From: a candidate division FCPU426 bacterium
GTDB taxonomy: Bacteria > Oederibacteriota > Muellerivitia > Muellerivitales > Muellerivitaceae
DNA: 64,000 bases
Assembly (NCBI GenBank): GCA_963719085.1
Contig: CAVRAL010000004.1
Coordinates: forward strand, 1,223,078-1,287,077
Direction of reading: 5' to 3'
Below the pieces are notes generated by a model. That model had not been told where the DNA came from, did not search any database, and saw nothing but the letters and a program-made list of their open reading frames with translations. Position 1 is the stretch's first letter, and every line of letters starts with the position of its first letter. Both the position numbers and the translations under genes were made by a program. Positions 28,894 through 39,087 of this stretch are shown here, one piece after another.

Positions 28894-30405
28894 TCAGGGT
28901 TCAGCCGGCAGGAAAACCGCTTGGCGGTCCAGGCTGAATAAAACGGCTTGTTCGGGCCGCTGGGGCGGCAAGTGATCAATCGGCTGAACCTGATAGTCGC
29001 TGTAAAATGCCAGAACGCGGGCGTCCGGTTCTTCCCCTAAAAACAACAAAGGCTGGCCCTTCACCTGGGCCGGATGGGCCAAGACCGCCGCCACCCAAAC
29101 ACGGTTGGGGTCGGGCGGGTGCCGCAAATAATCCTGCGCTTTCCAGCCAAGGCCTAAAATCCAGACCGCCGTGAGGGCGTAAACCCAGGATGCTTTTAGG
29201 GCCGGTTTTTTGGTTTCGGGGACAAACGGGATCAGGCCGACGAGAAGCGATAAGATGAAAATCTCAAACAGGTATTGGGTTGAGCTTAAAGCGCTTAACA
29301 GCCCCAGAAGCAGGGCGAGCCCCGAGGCCAGGCGGACTTTTGCCTCGGACTGGGCCTTCACGATAAAAGCCAGACTCAAGGCCGCGACCGGAACCAGCGG
29401 TAAAAGGTAATTGATCAAGGTCGCCATGAAAAAAAGAATGAAGATGGAATAATAAATAAAAAATACCGGCCCCAGGCCGTCGGTCCAGGTCTTTTTGGGA
29501 TTTGGGATTCGGGCCCAAAGTTCCCGGCCCCAAAGGGCGAACCCCAAGGGGACCAACGGCCATAAGTAGGGAAAGCTTTCTTGGGCTAAGACGGCGTAGA
29601 ACTTGAGCGCGTCGAGGCGCTTATCCATCGAGCTAAAACCGCCGCCCGCCAAGCGTCCCGCGAGATTAAAGCCCCATTCCCACGCGAAATAAGCTTTCCC
29701 AAAGGCGAGGCCATAAAGCAGAAGCCACGCGGCCAGGGCGGCGCCAATGGGAAGAAAAAAACGGATCCAAAGTTGTCTCGTCTTAAAGGGCCAGGGCCGC
29801 TTGATCAAAAGGGGCGCCAGCAAGGCGGGTAAAAAAATGAGACCGAACCAGGACTTCACCCAAACGGCGAGGCCCAGCCAGAGCCCCGCGGCTAAAAGAT
29901 GACGCGGCGCCTTCGGTTTTGGCGAGAGTTCAAAGGCCTGGGTCCACTGCCACCAAAAGCCGAGCAGGCAGCAAACCAGCGGCATATCCAAGGTGGCGAT
30001 CCGGGCCGAGAGGATAAAGTGCGGCTGAAGCAGGAGGCCGAGCGCGCAAACAAGCCCCGCCTTTTCGCTTTTCCCGAAATGGGCGCCCAAACGAAAAACC
30101 CAATAGACCGACAGGGAGGCGGCCAAGGCGGACCAAATTCTTAAAGAAATTTCATTCGCCCCGCCGATGAATAGGGACAAACCTTGGAGCCAAGGAATCA
30201 GGGGCGGTTTATCCCAAAAGGGATGATTTTGAAAATAAAGGGGGAACCAATGGCCGTCTTTCACCTCGGCCAAGGCCATGTCGCCATACCAGGATTCATC
30301 CAAACCCAGCAAGCGGTTTTTGCCCAGCCAGATGAGAAGCAGGAAAAAGTAGAAGACCGCCAAGGCGGAGGCGGGATCCCATTTGAGATGAAGGCGTAAG
30401 GTCAT
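28894..30405 (-). CDS. ArnT/PMT-family (GT-C) membrane glycosyltransferase
   Basis: DE..Y..MA motif, FWDKPPL..WL, R.A.LD, multiple TM helices. Confidence 0.85.
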   Translation of the reverse strand: MTLRLHLKWDPASALAVFYFFLLLIWLGKNRLLGLDESWYGDMALAEVKDGHWFPLYFQNHPFWDKPPLIPWLQGLSLFIGGANEISLRIWSALAASLSVYWVFRLGAHFGKSEKAGLVCALGLLLQPHFILSARIATLDMPLVCCLLGFWWQWTQAFELSPKPKAPRHLLAAGLWLGLAVWVKSWFGLIFLPALLAPLLIKRPWPFKTRQLWIRFFLPIGAALAAWLLLYGLAFGKAYFAWEWGFNLAGRLAGGGFSSMDKRLDALKFYAVLAQESFPYLWPLVPLGFALWGRELWARIPNPKKTWTDGLGPVFFIYYSIFILFFMATLINYLLPLVPVAALSLAFIVKAQSEAKVRLASGLALLLGLLSALSSTQYLFEIFILSLLVGLIPFVPETKKPALKASWVYALTAVWILGLGWKAQDYLRHPPDPNRVWVAAVLAHPAQVKGQPLLFLGEEPDARVLAFYSDYQVQPIDHLPPQRPEQAVLFSLDRQAVFLPAEP

Positions 30406-30462
30406 GGGTCATTTTAACAAAGTTGGTTGGAGCATCTTCTTAAAAGAATCACAGATGAAGCC

Positions 30463-31518
30463 TTAGTCCGGCTTTATCCCAAGCGCTTTGAGTTTTGACC
30501 GGGCCGCCGAATTTCCGTTTTTCGCCGCCTGGGTATACCACTGGATGGCCTGGGATTGATCCGCGGGAACACCTAATCCCTTTTCATAGATTCGGCCCAA
30601 GGAGCATTGGGCCCGGTCATCCCCTTGGTCGGCGGCCTTTTGAAACCATTGGAGCGCCAACGCATCATCCTGGGGAACAGACCGACCGTCTAAGTAAAGC
30701 TCGGCCAATTGACGCTCGGATTCGGGATCGCCGTATCGAGCGCCTGTTTGATAATAAGAGGACAACTGCGAATAGAACAGTCCTAGAAAAAGGCCGTAGA
30801 CCAACAAGCCGCCTCCTATAACCTGGTAGGTTTTGACCAGCGCTTTTTGGTCCGCAAGGACGACCGTACCGCCAAGATAATCGTTCAAAGTTTGTTTGCG
30901 GCGGCTCGAGAGAAAGGTCAAAACCCCCAATAAAGTCCAACCGGCGCCCAAAAAGGTAAAATGATGCTCAAGGGCTTTTAAACCGTCACTGGGAATTAAA
31001 AAAGAGCTGAAGGTGAGTACACCCTCATAAATCAGGATGAATTTAGTGATCGTCCATAGTTGAGTCAAAAGGGCGAAGAACATCCGAAGAAATATCGAAA
31101 TCCAAGTCAGGCCGGTGAAATCGTTTCTTACCATGCGAAGTCCCATCACCATGTAACCGGGTGTCTGCCCCCATCGTTTAAGCATGGCCATTTGTACGAA
31201 CAGAACCATCAGGGACAGAATCCCGAAAGCGAGCTTTTGGGCCATGAAATTGGGCGCGATAAAATATAAAATTCCGCTTGGGAAAAAAATGAAAGAACTG
31301 TCGATTAAATAACCCGCTAAACGCAACCCAAAACCTGCGTAAGGAACCGTTTGGGTTCTGGCTGGCTTCACGACCGTGACCGCCGTCGAAATTCGGAAAA
31401 AGGCCGTCAGAAATAATGAGACGCCGATCCAGAACCGGCCCGCCAGGATAAAGACAAAAGACATAAAGAAAATAAAAATCGCCTCATGCCGCTTATTCCC
31501 GGACTTAATCCAGCTCAT
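30463..31518 (-). CDS. RDD-family membrane protein fused to SEL1-like repeats
   Basis: YAGFGLRLAGYLID, GQTPG...GLR, QTLNDYLGGTVV; C-terminal LA.LY..G..VPQD...A..WFQKAA.QG repeats. Confidence 0.85.
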   Translation of the reverse strand: MSWIKSGNKRHEAIFIFFMSFVFILAGRFWIGVSLFLTAFFRISTAVTVVKPARTQTVPYAGFGLRLAGYLIDSSFIFFPSGILYFIAPNFMAQKLAFGILSLMVLFVQMAMLKRWGQTPGYMVMGLRMVRNDFTGLTWISIFLRMFFALLTQLWTITKFILIYEGVLTFSSFLIPSDGLKALEHHFTFLGAGWTLLGVLTFLSSRRKQTLNDYLGGTVVLADQKALVKTYQVIGGGLLVYGLFLGLFYSQLSSYYQTGARYGDPESERQLAELYLDGRSVPQDDALALQWFQKAADQGDDRAQCSLGRIYEKGLGVPADQSQAIQWYTQAAKNGNSAARSKLKALGIKPD

Positions 31519-31541
31519 GACAGGCTCCTGGTTTTCGTTGA

Positions 31542-32621
31542 TTAAAAGGTGAAGCCAAACCGGAATTCGGGAATGATGTAGGGGAACGGCACGACGGTGG
31601 TTCCCGGCGCTTCCGTGTTATTGGAATAGTTATAAACTTCCGAGTTGACCGAGATCACGGCGACGCCCATTTTCCATCCTAATTCCATCGTCATTCCATC
31701 CATGGGCAGGGTGCGGAACCCAAACATATAACCCAGGCCGAAGACGTCAAAGCTTGTGTATTGATAGCCGGTGCTGTCGACGCCCTGGTGCAGTCCGTAA
31801 TAAATGAAACTAAAGCCCTGGTAGGTCGACAAGCCGCTGGGGGAAGAATAAAACTTGATGCGGGGCTCGATATAAACCAAATCGCCGGGGATGGTGGCGT
31901 AGGTGTAGTCATCTTCGGTGGGTACGGGAAAGTAGCAGACCGCCACCCCAAGATTCGTGGTGGGATCCAGGAAAAGCCCAAGGTCCAGGTTTGCCCCGCT
32001 GGGCGTCAGGACGCCCCAGTCCAAGGTGAAATGGGGCTCATAAAAAGCGGACTTGGGGGCGCCATAAAGCGCGATTGACTCATCGTCCAGCGACAGGCTG
32101 TGGTCGGCGTCCAACTTTTTCAGCTCGTCCCGGCCCTTTTTTTCCAACGCTTTTCCCTGGTCGAAATCTTCGCGGGCTTGTTTTTCACCCGTTGGAATCG
32201 CGAGGGTGGGTTCGGCCGTGGGACTGCGGGTGGCTTGCGTGCCGGGGTCAAAAGTCGACCCGATCGCCGGGGTTGAGACGGCCGTGGGGGTCGCTGGGAT
32301 CGTGTTTCCCAACCGGGCGCGCAGGGAATCGGCGAAAGATCTTATGGAAGGGTTGTCCGGATGAAGCGCCAAGGATTCATCAAAGGCTTGAGACGCCTCA
32401 GGAAGCTGATGAAGCTGATAAAAACAAGAGCCGAGTCCTTGGTAAAGCTGCCAATTATTGGGGTCCGATTGAAGGGCGGATTGGTAAAGGCTGACGGCTT
32501 GGTTGTATTGGCCCTGTTGGTAAAGGGCGGCCGCTTGGTTGAGGACATCGTCGCTGGTCGCGGCCAGGACCTGGGTGGAAAAACTCGAGATAAGAATCAA
32601 CGCCAGCAGATGTTTTTTCAT
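31542..32621 (-). CDS. Secreted TPR protein with probable C-terminal beta-barrel-like domain
   Basis: Signal peptide, TPR motifs, Pro/Thr linker, ends EFRFGFTF. Confidence 0.7.
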   Translation of the reverse strand: MKKHLLALILISSFSTQVLAATSDDVLNQAAALYQQGQYNQAVSLYQSALQSDPNNWQLYQGLGSCFYQLHQLPEASQAFDESLALHPDNPSIRSFADSLRARLGNTIPATPTAVSTPAIGSTFDPGTQATRSPTAEPTLAIPTGEKQAREDFDQGKALEKKGRDELKKLDADHSLSLDDESIALYGAPKSAFYEPHFTLDWGVLTPSGANLDLGLFLDPTTNLGVAVCYFPVPTEDDYTYATIPGDLVYIEPRIKFYSSPSGLSTYQGFSFIYYGLHQGVDSTGYQYTSFDVFGLGYMFGFRTLPMDGMTMELGWKMGVAVISVNSEVYNYSNNTEAPGTTVVPFPYIIPEFRFGFTF

Positions 32622-32927
32622 AAAGTTCCTTTTTTATAAAGTCATTTGCCAACAACAAACGAGGGCCAAAAAATATGCGCTTATTTTGCGGAAGGGGACT
32701 CATTCGGTCAACCGAGAATTTTGAATGGATAGGCGATTTCTCGGGTCTTGGGAGATAGGGAGGAGCGTCGTTGGGATAAACAAAACCCGCGGAAATTACT
32801 CAAGTCCCTATTCGCCTCACCGCGGGGATAAGCGGAAATGGCGGCTCCCGCATTCGCATGGTTCGTGCGGGTGTTATTCAAAGGTCCTAGAGCGATTTCC
32901 TAAGGGCTCATCGCGGACATGGTGGGG

Positions 32928-33626
32928 CTATAAAAGTTTCGCAAATCCCTTAAAAACCTTCGCCGCCAAAGCCTCGAGCTGGATGGCGTTTGATTGAAGG
33001 TTTCCTTCCACCCGCGCCAATGGCGTGGGTCCTCCCGCCGGCACCAGTTCTTTGGCGTAAAGATGGGCCCAGTCCCTCACCATGCCTTCGGTCACTTCTA
33101 AGTGGCACTGAAACCCGTAAGCCTTGGCCCCGACCTTGAAAATTTGATGGGGAAACCAATCACTGCCGGCCAAAAGCTCCGCGTTCTTGGGCAAAGTAAA
33201 AGTATCGCCATGCCAATGGAAAACATTGAAAGTTTCCGGCAGTCCTTCCAACAACGGATCTTTTTTCCCCGCGGGGGTTAAGGTGATGGGGCGCCAGCCT
33301 ACCTCCGGCAGGGCGCCCCGAAAGACCTGGGCTCCGGCCGCGTGGGCCAGCATCTGGGACCCCAGGCAGATTCCTAACACCGGCAGGGAAGCGGCCAGCG
33401 CCTTTCGGATGGCGATGAGTTCCCCCGTCATCCAGGGATACTGGGCCTCCTCGTAAACGCCCATGGGGCCGCCTAAAACAAGGAGCCCATCCCCTAAGTT
33501 CTCGGGGATAGTGTCCCCTTTAAAGGGTTTCAAGATTTCGAGCTCAATGCCCAAGGATTTTAAAAGGGGCCCCAGGGAACCGGGGCCTTCGCAATCGATA
33601 TGTTGGAAGCAGGTCATTCGGGACAT
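32928..33626 (-). CDS. Type 1 glutamine amidotransferase (GuaA-like, stand-alone)
   Basis: LGGPMG, LGICLGSQ, WHGDTF, QCHLE triad. Confidence 0.9.
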   Translation of the reverse strand: MSRMTCFQHIDCEGPGSLGPLLKSLGIELEILKPFKGDTIPENLGDGLLVLGGPMGVYEEAQYPWMTGELIAIRKALAASLPVLGICLGSQMLAHAAGAQVFRGALPEVGWRPITLTPAGKKDPLLEGLPETFNVFHWHGDTFTLPKNAELLAGSDWFPHQIFKVGAKAYGFQCHLEVTEGMVRDWAHLYAKELVPAGGPTPLARVEGNLQSNAIQLEALAAKVFKGFAKLL

Positions 33627-33718
33627 GGCGGCTCCTCGAGGGTTATTTTGGGATTAAGATAATCCCCTCCCGGTCGTTTATGATAGGGGGAAGTTATTCC
33701 TAGATGGAGGGAAGCGAC

Positions 33719-34399
33719 ATGATTTATCACATCCCGGGGGTTTTGAAACCCCAAGAGGCCGCCGCGCTGCTTCAAAAGCTGGAAAAGGGCCGGTGGATCG
33801 ACGGGAAAAAAACCGCCGGGGTGTCCGCCTCCCCGATCAAGACCAACCAAGAACTGGCGCAGGATGACCCGGTTTTTCAGGAAGCCAACCAACAAATTTT
33901 GAAGGCACTCGCCCAAAGCAAGGGCTTCGCCTCCCGGTCCCTGCCGCTCATGACCTCCACGCCCCAGTTCAACCGCTACGAGGCGGGACAATTTTACGGT
34001 TTGCATTATGACAACGCCTTGGGGGCGACCACCGGACGGTCGGGACTGATGCGGGGCGATCTCTCCGCCACCTTATTTCTCTCCGAACCTTCGGATTATG
34101 AGGGCGGCGAGCTGAGCATTGAGGATACTTACGGATTCCATCAGGTGAAATTGCCGGCGGGCCATTTGGTGGTTTATTCGGGCGGAAGCCTGCATCAAGT
34201 GAAGCCCGTGACCAAAGGCGTCCGGATCGCGTGTTTTTTCTGGATCCAAAGCTTGATCCAGGATGAGCAGGAAAGATCCATTTTAACCGACTTGGACGGG
34301 GCCCTTCAGCAAATCACCCAGGAGAATCCTTTGCATCCTTCTCTGGCCCTCCTGACGAGGGCCTATAACCACTTATTAAGAAAGTGGTCCCAGGTTTAA
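33719..34399 (+). CDS. Fe(II)/2-oxoglutarate dioxygenase, PKHD type (PiuC/YbiX)
   Basis: W.DG..TAG, FNRY, H.DNA, DLSATLFL, YEGGEL, SLHQV.PVT.G.R. Confidence 0.9.
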   Translation: MIYHIPGVLKPQEAAALLQKLEKGRWIDGKKTAGVSASPIKTNQELAQDDPVFQEANQQILKALAQSKGFASRSLPLMTSTPQFNRYEAGQFYGLHYDNALGATTGRSGLMRGDLSATLFLSEPSDYEGGELSIEDTYGFHQVKLPAGHLVVYSGGSLHQVKPVTKGVRIACFFWIQSLIQDEQERSILTDLDGALQQITQENPLHPSLALLTRAYNHLLRKWSQV

Positions 34400-34477
34400 C
34401 CCCAAACCGCTTGCGGGCGTGAACCGGGTGCCTTAAGATTCGATAAGATTTTGGTTAATCGAACAGGAGAAGCGACG

Positions 34478-34852
34478 ATGGATAAATTTTTTTGGATCGC
34501 CTTCGGCGGCATCCTGGGGGCCTGGAGCCGCTATTGGATCGGCCTTTGGGCCGTTGAAAAATGGGGAAGCGCTTTCGCCGTGGGAACCCTTTTGATCAAT
34601 CTGGCCGGTTCTTTCGTCATGGCCTGGGTATTAACGATGAATATCGAGAAGGGCGTTTTCACGCCCAATGTCAGGCTTTTCCTAACCGTGGGTTTTTGCG
34701 CCTCCTTTACCACTTTTTCCACCTTCAGCTGGGATACCTTCCGCTATCTTTCAGAAGGTAATTTGAAATTAGCTTTGTTGAACATCACGTTAAGCGTGGG
34801 TGGTTGTTTATTCGGAACCTGGTCGGGTGTGTTGTTGGCCAGGGCTCTATAA
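34478..34852 (+). CDS. crcB: Fluoride channel FluC/CrcB
   Basis: GG..GA..RY, GTL.INL.GSF, GFC.SFTTFSTF. Confidence 0.93.
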   Translation: MDKFFWIAFGGILGAWSRYWIGLWAVEKWGSAFAVGTLLINLAGSFVMAWVLTMNIEKGVFTPNVRLFLTVGFCASFTTFSTFSWDTFRYLSEGNLKLALLNITLSVGGCLFGTWSGVLLARAL

Positions 34853-34862
34853 GGAGGGAATC

Positions 34863-35189
34863 ATGGCGGCTTCCAAAAAACAAAAGGTCCTTCGGATCTA
34901 TTTGGACGAGAAATTAAAGTATAAAAGCCAGCTTTTGTACCGGGCCTTGGTCGAAAAGCTGCTGAAGCGCGGGATCCCCGGCGCCACGGTTTTCCGGGGC
35001 CTGGAGGGGTTTGGCGCCTCGGCGCGAATTCATGACGCGCGTATCTTGGAAATGAGCGAAAACCTGCCGGTGGTGGTCGAAGTGGTGGGTGAGCCCAAGG
35101 TCGTGATGGCGTCCTTAAATGAAATCAAGGCCATTCTCCCCAAACATTGCCTGGTAACGGTTCAAGATATTCACGTTATTAAGCTTTAG
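34863..35189 (+). CDS. DUF190 (PII-like) protein
   Basis: LRIY..E, GATVFRG.EGFG, LPVVVE; typical crcB neighbour. Confidence 0.88.
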   Translation: MAASKKQKVLRIYLDEKLKYKSQLLYRALVEKLLKRGIPGATVFRGLEGFGASARIHDARILEMSENLPVVVEVVGEPKVVMASLNEIKAILPKHCLVTVQDIHVIKL

Positions 35190-35352
35190 CTGGGATTTTC
35201 AAAAGGTAAACTTTTGCCTCCTCGGGTGGGGACCTTGCCCCCTTGCGGGGACTTTGCCATGGTTTCTTTACCTTACAAGTTCCGGGGACTTTCCTTGCCA
35301 TTTGGGATGAAAAGTTGGAATATAAATCCCAACCCATTGGCCGGAGGACGAA

Positions 35353-36096
35353 ATGCCTCGTAAGAAAAAAGAACAAAGTTTAGAAACCACTTCCCGGCCC
35401 AAACGCAAGACCACGGCTTCCAAAGCTCCGGCTAAAAAGGCCAAGGCTCCCGCTTCCAAATCCCGGGCCGCCTCGAAACCCAAACTTTCTAAACCCCCAA
35501 AAACAAAAAGCCCCGCCAAAAAAGCGCCGGTGATTTCGATCCGCAAAGCCCTCAAGTCCAAGGATTCCTGGAAGCCGGCCAAAAATGGGGAGACCCAAGT
35601 GGTGGCGTTTATCCGGGACCCCAACTGTATCTTTGTTTATTGGGAAATCGCCTCGCAAAGGCTGGAGCAGGTCAAAAACGAGTTGAAAAATGATTACGCC
35701 AAGAGCCGGTTGATCCTGCGCATGTTCCGCAGCCAGGAAGACGGCAGCGCCGATTTGATTTATGAGATTGAGGTCAGCCCCGAGGATATGAACCGCTACC
35801 TGCCCGTGCATGAACCGGGCCGGGGTTATTTCGTGGAAGTGGCCCGCAAAACCCCCTCGGGAAAAGTGGTGGTCCTCGCCCGGTCGAATTCCTTGACCGC
35901 TCCCTTCGCCGGGTTCTCGCCGCGGGTGGAACCGGAGTGGGCGCCCTCGCCCGAATTGGAAGATTATCTGGCCGAGGAATTGGAAGTGGGTCCGGATAAC
36001 CTTCCCGCGCCCGGCGCCGTGGGCGGCGTTTCTTCCGCCGACGCCCAGCGAAGGCGCGCCAAGTTCCGCGACACATTCTCCAGCTTCGGGCGGTAA
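35353..36096 (+). CDS. DUF4912-domain protein with Lys/Ala/Pro-rich N-terminus
   Basis: RDP..IFVYWEI, LARSN...P; upstream of a GH57 gene. Confidence 0.8.
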   Translation: MPRKKKEQSLETTSRPKRKTTASKAPAKKAKAPASKSRAASKPKLSKPPKTKSPAKKAPVISIRKALKSKDSWKPAKNGETQVVAFIRDPNCIFVYWEIASQRLEQVKNELKNDYAKSRLILRMFRSQEDGSADLIYEIEVSPEDMNRYLPVHEPGRGYFVEVARKTPSGKVVVLARSNSLTAPFAGFSPRVEPEWAPSPELEDYLAEELEVGPDNLPAPGAVGGVSSADAQRRRAKFRDTFSSFGR

Positions 36097-36194
36097 AGCT
36101 AAAAGTCCGGATTCCCGCCCGCTCGTCTTGATTTTATTCCCGGCCCTCGGTATTTTGCGCCGGGTCTTCACATTCGACTCAAAAGGTTGCGCCC

Positions 36195-37820
36195 TTGCCT
36201 TCGCCCGCGGGATTTTTAGCGCTGGTCCTTCATTTTCATCTGCCCTTCGTGCGCCATCCCGAACAGGAAAATTTCCTGGAAGAGGATTGGTATTACGAGG
36301 CCCTTTACGAGACCTATCTTCCGCTCTTGGACCGGTTCGAGCGTTTGGCGGAGAAAAAGATTCCTTTCTGCCTGACGGTTTCCTTTTCACCCACCCTATT
36401 GGCGCTTTGGGCCGATCCTTTGCTTCAGCGGCGGGCGCGAAGCCACGGTGAGAAACTTTTGGCGCTGGTGGAAAAAGAACGGGAAAGGGTCAAAGATTTC
36501 CCCGAACTGGCGCCCGTGGTGGAGATGTACCACTCCCGGTTGACGGCTTATCACGAGGCTTTCACGGGCCGGTGGGGCCATAACCCGGTCAACGGATTTA
36601 AAAAGTTCCGCGACTTGGGCCACTTGGAAATCATCACTTGCGCCGCCACCCACGCCTTTTTACCTTTCCTGGAACCCTGTCCCCCGGCCCTGCGGGCCCA
36701 AGTCGAGGTGGCGGTGAAGTCTTTCGAGGCCCACTTGGGGGAGAAGCCGAAGGGTTTTTGGCTGCCGGAGTGCGCTTATCAGCCGGGCCAAGACTCGCTC
36801 TTAAAAGATTACGGGCTCCAGTATTTTTTTGTGGATACCCACGGGCTGGCGTTTGGAACGCCCCGGCCTAAATACGGGCCTTTTGCCCCCATTTACACGC
36901 CTTCGGGCGTGGCGGTCTTTGGACGGGATTTGGAAAGTTCCAAGCAGGTTTGGAGCTCAAAGGAAGGCTATCCGGGCCATCCGGATTACCGTGATTTTTA
37001 CCGGGACATCGGGTTCGACCTGGACCACGCTTACCTTTACGCCGACACAGATTCCAATGGATCGCCTGGGGAGGGAGAGGGCGGGACGCCCTCCAAAAAA
37101 TTCACCGGACTCAAATATTACCGGGTGACCGGGCCGGACCCCGAAAAAGAGATCTACGATCCTGAAAAAGGGCTGGCCCGGGCCCGCGTCCACGCGGCGC
37201 ATTTTATCGCCAAGCGCAAAACCCAAATGAAGACGCTCAAAGCCTGGATGGACCGTCCGCCCTTGGCGGCCTGTCTTTATGACGCGGAGTTGTTCGGGCA
37301 CTGGTGGTATGAGGGGCCGGATTTTATCGCCGCTCTTTTCGAGCAAAGCCATCTGGGCGATGAACCGCCGGTTTGGGTCACGCCCTCGGAGTATTTAAAG
37401 CTTTATCCCAAGAATCAAGTGTTGACGCCCTCGCTTTCTTCCTGGGGCGACCAGGGTTACGCCGATTTTTGGTTGAACCCGTCCAATGATTGGATTTACC
37501 CCCCGCTGCTCAAGGCCAGCCGCCGCATGGTCCAGATGGCGGACCAATTCATCCGGCCGGACGCGCTGAAGCAAAGGGCTTTAAATCAGGCGGCCCGGGA
37601 GCTGCTTCTGGCCCAGGCCAGCGATTGGGCCTTTATGATGAAAACAGGAAACCACCGCTCCTACGCCGAAAGCCGGGTGGACGGCCATTTGGATCATTTC
37701 CGCGTCCTGGCGGACCAGCTGAAGAGCGGGAAACTGAACGAGCCTTTCTTAAAGTCGCTGGAAGAAAGGAATAATCTTTTTCCCGAGCTGGACTACCGGG
37801 TTTATCAAAGCCGTCCCTGA
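36195..37820 (+). CDS. GH57 1,4-alpha-glucan branching enzyme (DUF1957)
   Basis: H.HLPFVRH, ETYLPL, GFWLPEC, DAELFGHWWYEG, LLAQASDWAF. Confidence 0.92.
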   Translation: MPSPAGFLALVLHFHLPFVRHPEQENFLEEDWYYEALYETYLPLLDRFERLAEKKIPFCLTVSFSPTLLALWADPLLQRRARSHGEKLLALVEKERERVKDFPELAPVVEMYHSRLTAYHEAFTGRWGHNPVNGFKKFRDLGHLEIITCAATHAFLPFLEPCPPALRAQVEVAVKSFEAHLGEKPKGFWLPECAYQPGQDSLLKDYGLQYFFVDTHGLAFGTPRPKYGPFAPIYTPSGVAVFGRDLESSKQVWSSKEGYPGHPDYRDFYRDIGFDLDHAYLYADTDSNGSPGEGEGGTPSKKFTGLKYYRVTGPDPEKEIYDPEKGLARARVHAAHFIAKRKTQMKTLKAWMDRPPLAACLYDAELFGHWWYEGPDFIAALFEQSHLGDEPPVWVTPSEYLKLYPKNQVLTPSLSSWGDQGYADFWLNPSNDWIYPPLLKASRRMVQMADQFIRPDALKQRALNQAARELLLAQASDWAFMMKTGNHRSYAESRVDGHLDHFRVLADQLKSGKLNEPFLKSLEERNNLFPELDYRVYQSRP

Positions 37821-37899
37821 TTTTTAAATTTGTTTTGATATTTCTTTTCTTTTCAAGAGGTCTTGCTACAATAACCCGATTTTCCTAGGGAGGAATCGA

Positions 37900-38829
37900 T
37901 TGAAAACGGTGATTGGGGTGGATTTGGGCGGCACCAACATTGTGTCCGCCGTGGTGGATGAAAAGGGAAAAGTCATCGGTAAGGACAAGCGCCCCACCCA
38001 GGCCGCCCTCGGCGCGGTGGGCGTGATGAACCGGATCGTGGACGGTATCCGCGCGGCCAGCCAAAATAGCGGCCTTCCTTGGAAATCCCACCGGGCCGTC
38101 GGTATCGGATCGCCCGGACCCTTGAACCCGAAAACGGGCGTCATTCTTTACACGCCCAACCTCAACTGGAAAAACGTTCATTTGACCGGTTACTTGAGCC
38201 GCAAAACGGGCAAAAAAGTCGTATTGGAAAATGACGCCAACCTGGCGGCCCTGGGAGAAACCTGGATCGGCGCGGGCCGGGGCGAGAAGTTCGTGCTTTG
38301 CGTGACCTTAGGCACCGGCGTGGGCGGGGGTTTCATCATTGACGGAAAAATTTACGAGGGCGCCTGGGGCGTGAGCAACCATATCGGCCACGTCGTGGTG
38401 GATCCCAAGGGGCCCAAGGCCCCTTACGGAAACCAGGGCATTTTGGAACAATATGTCTCCGCCACCGGTATTGTGCGTTTGGCGGCCCTGGCGGGCTTAA
38501 AGCCGGGACCAGGGGAAAAGCTTGAGGCTTACACCTTCCAGAAAATGGCCGAAAAAGGCAATGCCAAGGCCCGGGCGGTTTATCAGCAAGCCGGGAGCAT
38601 GTTGGGAGTCGGGCTTACCTCCACCATTCATCTTTTAAACCCCAGCATCATCATTTTCGCCGGGGGCGTTTCCGCGGCGGGGGATCTTTTGATGAAGCCC
38701 ATGCATCGGGAACTCAAAAATCGCTGTTTTGCCTCCCATTTAAAGGGTTTAAAGTTCAGGATCGCCAAATTAGGCGACAATATGGGGGTTGTGGGAGCGG
38801 CCCGGCTTGCCTGGCAAGCGCTTCGTTGA
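37900..38829 (+). CDS. ROK-family sugar kinase (glucokinase)
   Basis: GVDLGGT, GIGSPG, ENDAN.AA.GE, TLGTGVGGG. Confidence 0.9.
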   Translation: MKTVIGVDLGGTNIVSAVVDEKGKVIGKDKRPTQAALGAVGVMNRIVDGIRAASQNSGLPWKSHRAVGIGSPGPLNPKTGVILYTPNLNWKNVHLTGYLSRKTGKKVVLENDANLAALGETWIGAGRGEKFVLCVTLGTGVGGGFIIDGKIYEGAWGVSNHIGHVVVDPKGPKAPYGNQGILEQYVSATGIVRLAALAGLKPGPGEKLEAYTFQKMAEKGNAKARAVYQQAGSMLGVGLTSTIHLLNPSIIIFAGGVSAAGDLLMKPMHRELKNRCFASHLKGLKFRIAKLGDNMGVVGAARLAWQALR

Positions 38830-39087
38830 GGTCCAAAAAGGCTTAAAATAAGGGTTTTCCACCCTTTTTTTCTTTAAAAATGTTTGATTTCAAACAAACA
38901 GACCCCTAGAATGTCGCTTCCAATCCTTAAAAATTGGAACTATTTAGAAGGCTTATCCGTCCAATTAGCTGAACGTTGAAGTACTTCAATGCTCAACTAA
39001 TCGTTCGGCTACTTGGGTAGACGAGTGATTTTTTAATAGTTTAATAGATAGAGGGTCAACCACTATCTAATTTCAAGGAGGCGTTTC

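Noticed and set aside
19150..33000. Prophage or integrative element
   Set aside because: No integrase, tRNA/att site, phage structural or conjugation genes
34400..34477. Fluoride riboswitch upstream of crcB
   Set aside because: No GGCGAUGG...GCURAUGAC-type consensus visible
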